From Longimonas sp. (GTDB lineage Bacteria; Bacteroidota; Rhodothermia; Rhodothermales; Salinibacteraceae): a stretch of DNA of 37,820 nucleotides. Shown here one piece after another: positions 10,098 to 19,454 of this stretch (position 1 is the first letter of the stretch; every line of letters begins with the position of its first letter). The position numbers and the translations under genes were made by a program. A model generated the notes under the pieces. That model had not been told where the DNA came from and ran no database searches. It saw nothing but the letters and a program-made list of their open reading frames with translations. The DNA lies in contig NZ_JAWOAR010000207.1 of the NCBI RefSeq assembly GCF_046498435.1, forward strand, positions 1 through 37,820, written 5' to 3'.

Positions 10098-11081
10098 ATG
10101 AGGTTCATAGGTTGGATTCGGAGCATTGTGCTCATTACCTTACTGGCGATGTTGGGCACTGTGGCCCTGCACGTTCCCAATCAACGCCCTGCTGCTATGT
10201 CCGACCCCGAGGCCACCACCCCGTACCGCTCCGATACGCTTCGTACGCCTGCCGGCCTCGATGTGCAAGGCCATCGTGGCGCGCGCGGGCGGCGCCCCGA
10301 GAATACGTGGCCGGCGTTTCAGTATGCGCTCGAACAGGGCCTGCCCACACTGGAGATGGATGTCGTCATCAGTGCCGATGGGCAGGTGGTCGTATCCCAT
10401 GAGCCGTGGATGAACGCAGATATCTGCACCGCTCCCAATGGCGCGCCCCTCCCCAACGACGAGGCGCAGCAGCACAACCTGTACCGCATGACGTACGATG
10501 AGATTGCCGCGTACGACTGTGGGCAGCGGCAGCACCCGTCTTTTCCGGAACAGCAGCCCGAGCCCGCCGCCAAGCCGCTACTGCGCGACGTCATTGCGCA
10601 GGCCGAGGCGTTTGTACGAGCAACCGAACGCGAACCGGTATTCTACAATATCGAAACGAAAAGCCGTCCGGCATGGGAGGGTCGCTTTCACCCTCCGCCC
10701 AATGCGTTTGCGCAGCATCTCATTGACGTGATCGCCGCTACCGGGGTATCCCCCCGAACCACGGTACAGTCGTTCGACCCGCGTACGCTGCGCTACACCC
10801 GCGAAGCAGCCCCTGAACTCCGACTGGCGCTGCTCATTGCCCAGGAAAGCGATCAGGGCGTATCCGAAAACCTGGAGGCACTGGGCTTTGTACCCCATAT
10901 CTACAGCCCGGACGCTGCACTGGTCGATGCCGCACTGGTGCAGACTGCTCACGCGCAGGGCATGCAGGTCATTCCGTGGACGGTGAACGATCTTGAGACT
11001 ATGCGTGGCCTCGTAGAAATAGGTGTAGATGGACTGATTACGGACTACCCGGATCGGGGCATGCGCGTACGTGCCGAGTAG
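10098..11081 (+). CDS. Glycerophosphodiester phosphodiesterase (GDPD family), N-terminal signal/anchor
   Basis: QGHRGARGRRPENT, LEMDV, VVSHEP, NIETK, QSFD, PWTVN, VDGLITDYPD. Confidence 0.92.
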   Translation: MRFIGWIRSIVLITLLAMLGTVALHVPNQRPAAMSDPEATTPYRSDTLRTPAGLDVQGHRGARGRRPENTWPAFQYALEQGLPTLEMDVVISADGQVVVSHEPWMNADICTAPNGAPLPNDEAQQHNLYRMTYDEIAAYDCGQRQHPSFPEQQPEPAAKPLLRDVIAQAEAFVRATEREPVFYNIETKSRPAWEGRFHPPPNAFAQHLIDVIAATGVSPRTTVQSFDPRTLRYTREAAPELRLALLIAQESDQGVSENLEALGFVPHIYSPDAALVDAALVQTAHAQGMQVIPWTVNDLETMRGLVEIGVDGLITDYPDRGMRVRAE

Positions 11082-11240
11082 ATGCCTGGGCGCTGCACCG
11101 AAACGCGATGCGCCTGAATGAAACAAAGCGAAACAATCGCTCTGGAGAGTAGGTGGTTTTCGCGTACGCTTTTTATACTCCTGTAGACGCTGCGCATTAA
11201 ACGCAGCAAGCGTACTTCTTTTGCAGAACCTTTGGTGCCC

Positions 11241-12845
11241 ATGCCGGTGTCGCGTCGTCTTGTCCAAATTGGAATCGGGGTGGGGCTCCTTGTGGTGGGC
11301 CTGCTGACAGGCGTGCTGGTCATGCTACTGGTAACGCCCGAACCGGAGGCGGCCGTTGAGTCGCCTCGTCCACGCATTGAGTTGGGCGGAAACACCGTCA
11401 CGCTGCCGCCCCCCACGCCCACAGACAGCACGGCAGCCCCCGTATCGGAGCCCAACCTGCGCACTCTGAATGCTGCCTTTCGGCGCATTGCCGACCGCGT
11501 AACACCCACCGTTGTGTTCATCCAGATCGAGTCTGACCGCAACGCCGAGCGTAACTTCCGGTTCGAGGGGGATATGGAGCAGTTCATGCCTCCGCGCATG
11601 CGCCAGAGCGTAGGCAGTGGCGTGATCCTGAGCGCCGAAGGGCATATCGTAACCAACGAACACGTCGTGGCACAGGCAGAGGCCATTCGCGTCACGCTAC
11701 ACAACAAGCGGCAATACGAGGCACGCGTGGTGGGCACCGATCCGTCAACCGACCTGGCGGTGCTGAAGGTCGATCCCGAAGATCCCCTTCCCACTGCTCC
11801 ACTCGGCGACTCGGACAACTTGCGTGTGGGCGACTGGGTCGTGGCTGTAGGCAATCCGTTCCGCCTTACCTCAACGGTAACAGCGGGCATTGTAAGTGCA
11901 CTCGGGCGGCAGGTTGACATTATCGACGATACGTTCAGCATTGAAGACTTCATTCAGACCGATGCCGCCATTAATCCGGGCAACTCGGGAGGCGCGCTCG
12001 TAAACCTTAACGGAGAACTCGTAGGCATTAACACCGCCATTGCCACCGAGAGCGGATCGTATGAGGGCTACGGGTTTGCCGTCCCCACCCAGTTGGTGCA
12101 GCGTGTTGTGACCGACCTGATCGAGTTTGGCGAGGTGCGGCGTGGCTACCTGGGAGTGAGCATCGAAGAAGTGGACGCCGCGCGAGCCGATCGCCTCAGC
12201 ATGGATCGCATTCAGGGCGTGTATGTGGGCACGGTACGCCCTGGCGGGGCCGCCGACGAGGCCGGGCTCCAAGACGGTGATGTGGTGCTTGCGATTGATG
12301 GACGCCCTATCAACGCGCCCAACATGCTCCAAAGCGCCGTGGCACAGCGGCGTCCAGGCGAAACGATGGAGCTGCGCATCCTGCGCGATGGCGAAGAACA
12401 AACCAAACAGGTAAGCCTGATGGGCCGCGAGGCGATGGCCTACCAAGAGTGGCTCTCGGAACTCGAAGGCGGAGCCGATAGCACCCGCGAGCCTCCTCAG
12501 TCTGGCCCCGCCGACCCTCCGTCCAATGACGAAGATGAGCCCGACGAATCCGATGCTACGGTCAACCTCTCCGAGTGGGGGCTGGGGCTACGTCCGCTAC
12601 AAGATACGCACCGAACCGCTTTCGGCATCGACCAGGGCGCGTACGTCGTGTTCGTTGAAAACGGTGAACGCGCTGCCCGTGCGGGGCTACGCCGCGATGT
12701 CGTGATTACGCACATCGAAGAAACTCCTGTGGAAAGCGCCACCGAAGCCGAGCGCCTCCTCGGCGAAGCAACCCCACCCCGCGTGCTTGTGCGCGTGCAA
12801 CGCCGCAACGGTACCGGAGCCTTCTACGAAATTGAACGACCCTAA
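11241..12845 (+). CDS. Do/DegP/HtrA family serine protease with two PDZ domains
   Basis: N-terminal TM; GSGVI, TNEHVV (His), DLAVLK (Asp), QTDAAINPGNSGG (Ser); GYLGV PDZ. Confidence 0.95.
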   Translation: MPVSRRLVQIGIGVGLLVVGLLTGVLVMLLVTPEPEAAVESPRPRIELGGNTVTLPPPTPTDSTAAPVSEPNLRTLNAAFRRIADRVTPTVVFIQIESDRNAERNFRFEGDMEQFMPPRMRQSVGSGVILSAEGHIVTNEHVVAQAEAIRVTLHNKRQYEARVVGTDPSTDLAVLKVDPEDPLPTAPLGDSDNLRVGDWVVAVGNPFRLTSTVTAGIVSALGRQVDIIDDTFSIEDFIQTDAAINPGNSGGALVNLNGELVGINTAIATESGSYEGYGFAVPTQLVQRVVTDLIEFGEVRRGYLGVSIEEVDAARADRLSMDRIQGVYVGTVRPGGAADEAGLQDGDVVLAIDGRPINAPNMLQSAVAQRRPGETMELRILRDGEEQTKQVSLMGREAMAYQEWLSELEGGADSTREPPQSGPADPPSNDEDEPDESDATVNLSEWGLGLRPLQDTHRTAFGIDQGAYVVFVENGERAARAGLRRDVVITHIEETPVESATEAERLLGEATPPRVLVRVQRRNGTGAFYEIERP

Positions 12846-12931
12846 CCCGCATCTCTCCCGTAAAGAGGGATGCAAACAGGCCCTGCCATACCGGGAGCCG
12901 TACTCATTTTTTACTGATTGCCACCATCCCC

Positions 12932-14137
12932 ATGATCCGATACCTCACCGCAGGCGAGTCGCACGGCGAAGCCCTGATTGGCATCGTCGAAGGTATGCCT
13001 GCTCACATCCCCCTAACACCTGCCGATATTAACGAGCACCTGGCACGCCGCTGGCTCGGCTATGGACGCGGGGGACGCTCCAAAATTGAAAACGACAAGG
13101 TATATATTTACTCGGGCATCCGGTTTGAGAAAACGCTGGGCAGTCCCATCGCCATACGCATCGACAACGGGGCCTACAAAAAAGACAAAGCGGGCTGGCC
13201 AGAGAAAATGGCAATTGAAGGGGAGGGCGAAGGCGTCGAGCCCGTTACGCTGCCGCGTCCCGGACATGCCGACCTGGCGGGGATGCAAAAGTACAACTTC
13301 GATGACATGCGCCCGGTCATCGACCGCAGCAGCGCGCGCGAAACGGCCATGCGGGTAGCCTGCTGCTCGGTCGCCCGTACGCTGTTGCGGAAGCTGGGCA
13401 TTGAGGTGGGCAGCCACGTAACACGAATTGGCGAGGTGGGCTGGGACGGTCCCGAAGCCTGGTACGACCCTGTTGAAGCGCTGATCGAAGGCGATGGCAG
13501 CGCCCGCGCTGTTTACGAACAGGCCGACAAAAGCGCGACCCGCATGCTCGACGATGCGATGACCGAGCGATGCATCGAACATATCGAAGAGGCAAAGGCC
13601 AACCGCGACTCGCTTGGCGGCACCTATGAGGTCATTGCCACCGGAGTGCCACCCGGACTGGGCTCATACGTGCACTGGGACCGCCGCCTCGACGGGCGCC
13701 TTGCACAGGCGATCTGCTCCATCCAAGCGCAGAAAGCTGCTGAAATTGGCGATGGCGTGCGCAATGCAAGACGTCCCGGCTCAAAAGTACACGATCCCAT
13801 TCTGCCAGGCGAGGGAGACGAGTACCCACGTCGCACCAATCGAGCAGGTGGGCTTGAGGGCGGCACGACCAACGGCATGCCCATTGTGGTACGCGGATAC
13901 ATGAAACCTATTCCCACACTCATCAAACCGCTCGACTCGGTCGATACCGCTACGGGCGAGGCCCAGCCCACGCGCTACGAGCGCAGCGACATTACCAGTG
14001 TACCCGCAGCCTCGACCGTGGCCGAAGCCACCGTAGCCTGGACGCTTGCCGAGGCGCTGCTCGAAAAATACGGCGGCGACACCTTCGATGACCTCAAAGC
14101 CCATATTGAGCACGACCGCGACGCCCGCGCACAGTAG
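12932..14137 (+). CDS. aroC: Chorismate synthase
   Basis: TAGESHG, RPGHAD, RSSARETA, GGLEGG.TNG, MKPIPT, RYERSD. Confidence 0.97.
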   Translation: MIRYLTAGESHGEALIGIVEGMPAHIPLTPADINEHLARRWLGYGRGGRSKIENDKVYIYSGIRFEKTLGSPIAIRIDNGAYKKDKAGWPEKMAIEGEGEGVEPVTLPRPGHADLAGMQKYNFDDMRPVIDRSSARETAMRVACCSVARTLLRKLGIEVGSHVTRIGEVGWDGPEAWYDPVEALIEGDGSARAVYEQADKSATRMLDDAMTERCIEHIEEAKANRDSLGGTYEVIATGVPPGLGSYVHWDRRLDGRLAQAICSIQAQKAAEIGDGVRNARRPGSKVHDPILPGEGDEYPRRTNRAGGLEGGTTNGMPIVVRGYMKPIPTLIKPLDSVDTATGEAQPTRYERSDITSVPAASTVAEATVAWTLAEALLEKYGGDTFDDLKAHIEHDRDARAQ

Positions 14138-14272
14138 ACCGGACCGGGGATCCCCTTTGGTGCAGGCAGGAGCCAGTTGGCGACAAGTCGATCCAGAGAC
14201 AACCAAAGGCGAAGGGAAGAAGCAACATATGGAGTTGATTCTAACGCCCAGACCCTGTACCTTGAAGCTGTT

Positions 14273-14299
14273 TGTAACATCTGCAATCATGCTGTTACA
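14273..14299. promoter_or_regulatory. Candidate operator TGTAACA-N13-TGTTACA upstream of the kinase operon
   Basis: Perfect inverted heptamers, each itself quasi-palindromic, in a lower-GC intergenic region. Confidence 0.35.
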
Positions 14300-14642
14300 T
14301 TCGCGAAGCAATGGTATGCTCACTCGGTAGAAAGGCATGCCGAAGTAGCCACACGCCCTCATACGCCCTTCAGTTGTTGACCAGTCACCTACACCCAGTG
14401 GTAGGCTCTACCAATCGATTCTGGTTGTGGACCAGGCGTCGCATTGTCGAGCTGTGTTTTCATTCCTGCCACTGTCCTCACACAGGCTGTTTCTACAGAA
14501 ACTGATTCCCGCACACCTCCATCCTTGCCGATGCCCGTGTACGGCATACGAGGACCCGCTCCAGCGGCCCTCTCTTTATGCAGTTAGGCCAACCCGCATG
14601 CGGGCGGATTGCCTTGCTGCCTCGCTCTTGTTGCACTGTTTT

Positions 14643-16652
14643 ATGATGATGCGTAGCTCTCTTTCTTCGTTTGTTGAAGCCATGCCGGCCCCCGTCGTTC
14701 TGGTGGATGCAGAAGGCCGTATTCATGCCGAGAGCGAACGGTGGAGACGCACCTTCCGTGTGCTGGTCCCAAACGCAGGCGACACCGACTCACTGTTTGA
14801 CTTAATCCGCGATGACGAGGGGGCCTGGCGCGAAGCTATTACCCGCTGCCTCCGTGAACACCGTACAATGCGAGGAGCGCAGCGTCGCATCCACTTTCCA
14901 GGCGCCGGTCCCCGGTGGGTCGATTGGCAACTGCGTCCCGTGGCCCCTGCCGAGGCATCTGCCGAGGACGCTGCGGCCACGCATGCGCTGCTCTACATGG
15001 CCGACCGTACCAGCGAACGCCAGACCGACCGCCTGAGACAGCAGGTCGAGGCGCGGTTCGATACGCTGCTCGACACCATTCAGGAAGGTGCGCTCCTTAT
15101 GGATAGCGACGGCGTCTTTCGCGACTGTAACGACACTGTGCCCGAAATATTTGGACGCCCGCGCTCCGAAATCATCGGCTCACGCTTTAGCGACGACAAG
15201 TGGAACGGCTTGCGCTCCGACGGTACGCCGCTGGCCAACACTGAATTTCCGTTCTGGGTTGCGTACTACGAGCGCAAGCCCGTGATGGGCGAGGTGATGG
15301 GCATTTATCCGCCCGACGCCCCGCCCCGTTGGATCCGCGTCAACGCGCGTCCGCTCTTTGAGCTTGACGAGGACGACCCCTACGGCGTATTCATCTGCTT
15401 TGAGGACATCACCGACGAGCAGCTGAAAGACGAGGCGCTGCAAACCTCGCGCGATGTGCTCTCCAGCGTACTCACCAGTTCGCTTGATGGCATTGTTGTG
15501 TACTCGGCTGTACGTGACACACGCGGTACCATCGTCGATTTTGAGTGCGTGCTGGTGAATCCCCAAGGCGAGAAACTCCTCAAGGTATCCGCCGAAGAGA
15601 TCATCGGGGCACGCATGCTCGACTTACTACCCGAGCATGCCGATCAGGGCTTGTTCGATGCCTATGTCGATGTGATACGCACGGGGCAGCCGTACGAAGA
15701 CGAGCTGCGCCTGGCCGACACCAACGGCGGCATGACATGGTGCCAGGTGATGGTTGTAAAGATTGAAGACGGCATTGCTGTTACCTTCCGCGATGTGTCG
15801 GAGCGGCGCGAGGCTGCCCAGGCCATGTCGGTGGCAAACGAAAAGCTGGAGCAGCGTAACCGCGCCCTCCGCGACTTCGCCTACATCGCCTCGCACGACC
15901 TGCAAGAGCCGCTGCGTAAAATCAGTGCGTTCTCGAACCTCGTAATCCAAGACTACGGCGACAAATTTGATGACACCGGCCGCCACTACCTGGAACGCAT
16001 GGAGGACGCCGCACGACGGATGTCGCAGCTCATCTCGGACCTGCTGGTGTACTCGCGTATCACCACCCGGGCGCGTCCGTTCGAGGAGGTCGATCTGAAC
16101 GCGATTGTGCAGAACGTGCTTACCGACTTGAGCATGCGTATTAAGGACGTAGACGGCACAGTCCACGTCGACGACATGCCCACCATTGAAGCAGATGCCA
16201 CACAGATACGCCAGCTTCTGCAGAACCTGATTGGGAATGCACTCAAGTTTCACCGCCCCGACGTTCCCCCTGAGATCAACGTCGAAACCGCAGTGATAAA
16301 CCGGCACGACCTGGATAACGAGGTGCCCGTACAGGCCAACTGCACGTCGGTGTGCCGCCTCCGTATAGCCGACAATGGGATTGGCTTTGAATCAAAATAT
16401 GTAGACCGTATTTTTACACCGTTCCAGCGCCTACATGGGCGTAGCGAATACGAAGGAACGGGGATGGGACTTGCCATTTGCCGACGCATTGTGGAACGCC
16501 ATGGCGGCAGCATTGCCGTAGAGAGCGTTCCCGACGAAGGTACTACGTTCACAGTATGGCTCCCGGTACGCCGCACGCCTTCTTCTAACGACGCGCCTTC
16601 GGCGCCTGCCCAGTATGACCAATCCACGACAGAAACGATCCTGGATGAGTGA
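14643..16652 (+). CDS. Multi-PAS cytoplasmic sensor histidine kinase with BphP/Cph1-type HisKA-HATPase
   Basis: About three PAS-like segments; H-box DFAYIASHDLQEPLRKI; NLIGNALKF, DNGIG, FQRLH, GTGMGL; start among three tandem ATGs. Confidence 0.92.
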   Translation: MMMRSSLSSFVEAMPAPVVLVDAEGRIHAESERWRRTFRVLVPNAGDTDSLFDLIRDDEGAWREAITRCLREHRTMRGAQRRIHFPGAGPRWVDWQLRPVAPAEASAEDAAATHALLYMADRTSERQTDRLRQQVEARFDTLLDTIQEGALLMDSDGVFRDCNDTVPEIFGRPRSEIIGSRFSDDKWNGLRSDGTPLANTEFPFWVAYYERKPVMGEVMGIYPPDAPPRWIRVNARPLFELDEDDPYGVFICFEDITDEQLKDEALQTSRDVLSSVLTSSLDGIVVYSAVRDTRGTIVDFECVLVNPQGEKLLKVSAEEIIGARMLDLLPEHADQGLFDAYVDVIRTGQPYEDELRLADTNGGMTWCQVMVVKIEDGIAVTFRDVSERREAAQAMSVANEKLEQRNRALRDFAYIASHDLQEPLRKISAFSNLVIQDYGDKFDDTGRHYLERMEDAARRMSQLISDLLVYSRITTRARPFEEVDLNAIVQNVLTDLSMRIKDVDGTVHVDDMPTIEADATQIRQLLQNLIGNALKFHRPDVPPEINVETAVINRHDLDNEVPVQANCTSVCRLRIADNGIGFESKYVDRIFTPFQRLHGRSEYEGTGMGLAICRRIVERHGGSIAVESVPDEGTTFTVWLPVRRTPSSNDAPSAPAQYDQSTTETILDE

Positions 16653-17103
16653 CGAAAGCATTCGCATCCTGCTTGCCGAAGACGACCCCGACGACCGGCT
16701 GCTGACCCGGCAGGCGTTGAAACGAAGCCGTCTGGCTAACACTATTTCAATGGTCGAAGACGGCGAGGAACTGATGCAGTACCTGCGTCACGAAGGCCCC
16801 TACAGCGACCCCGAGGATGCTCCGCGTCCGGGCCTCATTTTGCTCGACCTAAACATGCCCCGCATGGATGGACGCGAGGCGCTGAAGCTCATTAAGTCGG
16901 ATCCGGCATTGCGCCGCATTCCCATTATTGTACTTACCACTTCAGAGGCCGAGCAGGACATTCTGCAAAGCTACGATCTGGGCGTGAACGCCTTTGTCAC
17001 CAAGCCCGTAACATTCGATGGACTTGCCGACGCCATCCAGGCGCTGGGCGACTTCTGGTTCGAAATCGTGAAGCTCCCTCCGCAGTACGAAGAAACCGAA
17101 TGA
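16645..17103 (+). CDS. Single-domain response regulator, Rcp1 type
   Basis: ILLAEDD, LILLDLNMP, VLTTS, TKP, C-terminal DFWF; start overlaps the kinase stop (ATGAGTGA). Confidence 0.93.
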   Translation: MSDESIRILLAEDDPDDRLLTRQALKRSRLANTISMVEDGEELMQYLRHEGPYSDPEDAPRPGLILLDLNMPRMDGREALKLIKSDPALRRIPIIVLTTSEAEQDILQSYDLGVNAFVTKPVTFDGLADAIQALGDFWFEIVKLPPQYEETE

Positions 17104-19019
17104 TGACCACCACAGAGGTGATTGACGTGCTCCTCGTTGAAGACGACGAGGACGACTACGTCATCACGAAGGCGCTACTGTCGCGCGCTGAGAGTATCGA
17201 CTGCAACCTGGAATGGGCCTCCAGCTACGAGGAGGGACTCGACGCGATTCTGTCGGGGGGATACGACGCGTGTCTGGTCGACTACCGTCTTGGGGCACAC
17301 ACCGGGCTCGACCTGCTCCATGCCGTGAATGAGCAGGGCAACCGCACGCCTATCATTCTGCTTACAGGCCAGGGCGATCTCGAAATTGACCTTACGGCTA
17401 TGGCTGCAGGGGCCGCGGACTATCTCTCGAAAGAGGAGATCGACGCCCCGCTCTTGGAGCGCTCCATCCGTTATGCCGTAGAGCGTGCCCACGCCGACCA
17501 GCGCATCCGTGAGCAGGCGGCTCTGCTCGACAAGGCCCGCGATGCCATCATCGCCTACGATATGGAGGGCCAGGTCGTCTACTGGAATAAAAGCGCCGAG
17601 CGCCTTACGGGATGGTCGGCCGAGGAGATGCTGGGCGAACCGGCCCGCGAGCGCCTCTACACCAACGAGCAGCAAAAGAAGCTGAAGGAGTGCTTTGCTA
17701 CCATCGAGGAAAAAGGCGAGTGGACCGGTGAGCTGCGCCAGCATACCAAAGATGGCGAAGATCTGGTCGTAGAAAGCCGCTGGACGCTCGTACGTGACAA
17801 TGCGGGAAATCCGTCGTCGGTGCTCGTTATCAACACCGACATTACCGAGCGCAAGCAATTAGAGATGCAGTTTCTGCGTTCGCAGCGCATGGAAAGCATC
17901 GGCCGCTTGGTGGGCGGTATTGCACATGACTTAGGCAACCTGCTTGTGCCCATTCTGCTTGGCGTGAAAGTGCTTCAGCAGCGCTTCGACGACGACAGCC
18001 AGGTCGAGCGTACGCTTTCGATGATCCAAAAGAGTGCCGAACGCGGCTCCGACATGGTCGACCAGGTGCTGGCCTTTGCGCGTGGCGTGGAAGGCGAACG
18101 TGTAACGCTGGACCCGGGTGCCATCATCGACGAGGTCGATAAGATCATCCGGGAAACGTTTCCCGACCGCATCACTGTGGAAACAGAAGTCGACGAGGCC
18201 CTCGACACCATCGTGGGCGATGCCACGCAGATCCAGCAGGTGCTCATGAATCTTAGCGTCAACGCCCGCGACGCGATGCCCGACGGCGGCACGCTTGCCA
18301 TCAAGGCGGAAAACGTAGACCTGTCCGAGTCCGACGCCCGCCGCAACATCGACGCCGAGCCTGGGCCGTACGTGCGCATCACCGTATCCGACACCGGCAC
18401 TGGCATCCCCGACGACGCGCTCGATAAGATCTTCGAGCCGTTTTTCTCCACCAAACCCGAGGGGGAAGGTACCGGACTCGGGCTCTCCACCGCCTACAGC
18501 ATCGTAAAGAGTCACGACGGATTCATCGACGTGCGCAGCGAAGAGAACCAAGGCACAACCTTTCGCATCTTCCTGCCCGTAACCATCGCTGAAAGTGGAA
18601 AAGCCGAATCTTCGCCCGACCGCGGCGACACGCATGGGCAGGGCGAGGTTGTGCTGATCGTAGACGACGAAGAGTTTATCCGCGACACCGCACAGCAGAC
18701 GCTCGAAAGTGCGGGCTACCGCGCTATCGTTGCTGCCGACGGCGCAGAGGCGCTGGAGCTTATGGAGGACTACAGCGACGCGGTCGATGCTGTCATCACC
18801 GACCTACGTATGCCCAACATGAACGGCCACGAACTGATTGATGTACTGAACGAAAAATACCCTGCTCTCCCGATTATTGCCGCAAGCGGGGCCTCCGACA
18901 GCGAAGCCAATACCCCCACCGAGGCCGACGGGCACACCTTTTTACCCAAGCCCTTCACCGCTGAAAAGCTCTACGCTGCCCTGCACGACGTACTGCACAC
19001 ATCCACGAAAGCCGGGTAG
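17100..19019 (+). CDS. Hybrid histidine kinase REC-PAS-HisKA-HATPase-REC
   Basis: N-terminal REC (LLVEDD, LVDY), PAS ending DITERK, H-box GGIAHDLGN, GTGLGL, C-terminal REC (ITDLRMP, KPF); ATGA overlap with the upstream gene. Confidence 0.93.
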   Translation: MMTTTEVIDVLLVEDDEDDYVITKALLSRAESIDCNLEWASSYEEGLDAILSGGYDACLVDYRLGAHTGLDLLHAVNEQGNRTPIILLTGQGDLEIDLTAMAAGAADYLSKEEIDAPLLERSIRYAVERAHADQRIREQAALLDKARDAIIAYDMEGQVVYWNKSAERLTGWSAEEMLGEPARERLYTNEQQKKLKECFATIEEKGEWTGELRQHTKDGEDLVVESRWTLVRDNAGNPSSVLVINTDITERKQLEMQFLRSQRMESIGRLVGGIAHDLGNLLVPILLGVKVLQQRFDDDSQVERTLSMIQKSAERGSDMVDQVLAFARGVEGERVTLDPGAIIDEVDKIIRETFPDRITVETEVDEALDTIVGDATQIQQVLMNLSVNARDAMPDGGTLAIKAENVDLSESDARRNIDAEPGPYVRITVSDTGTGIPDDALDKIFEPFFSTKPEGEGTGLGLSTAYSIVKSHDGFIDVRSEENQGTTFRIFLPVTIAESGKAESSPDRGDTHGQGEVVLIVDDEEFIRDTAQQTLESAGYRAIVAADGAEALELMEDYSDAVDAVITDLRMPNMNGHELIDVLNEKYPALPIIAASGASDSEANTPTEADGHTFLPKPFTAEKLYAALHDVLHTSTKAG

Positions 19020-19074
19020 TGCTGTGTCAACCCTCATTTTGATGGTTACCCTGGCATCATCCCCCAACGAAGCG

Positions 19075-19241
19075 TGTCATGGTGAGCGCAGTCGAACCAT
19101 CTCCTTGTCATTCAGAAGATACGGCGGGACAGGGGATCCTGCCAACCTTGGTGGAGATCTTTATTCACTGCGTTCATCAGTCACTTCGCTCGTGTCAGGA
19201 CTCCGCACCTGCTAGGCGCAGTTGCTTCGCTCAAGATGACA
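19075..19241. repeat. REP/MITE-like palindromic element with TGTCAT...ATGACA ends
   Basis: Left end tgtcatggtgagcgcag matches the reverse complement of cttcgctcaagatgaca at 14/17; internal atctcc/ggagat and tggtgagcgcagt/actgcgttcatca pairing. Confidence 0.7.
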
Positions 19242-19454
19242 GCATGCGAACGGGGACCTTACAACCCAACCATTGACCTGTGACACAGCAGTAGGCACGC
19301 ATTCATGTCTCAGAGCGCAGTGTTATTGCAACATTTGGACGCTTTATCTCTCGGCTGGGCGAACTGCACAAAACAACCCACCGTTTCGCATTATGTAGTC
19401 GTACTTTGCGCTCCACTAGAGCGCTCTCTTCTGATCCCATAGCCCCGCCCGAGT

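Noticed and set aside
14643-17850. PAS domains as LOV or phytochrome photosensors
   Set aside because: No GxNCRFLQ motif and no GAF-PHY/PASDIP signature
19260-19454. CarH/LitR or PpsR operator upstream of crtI
   Set aside because: I saw no regular 11-bp TnnACA repeats and no clear TGT-N12-ACA; only a weak tgtt-N5-aaca palindrome at 19321-19333
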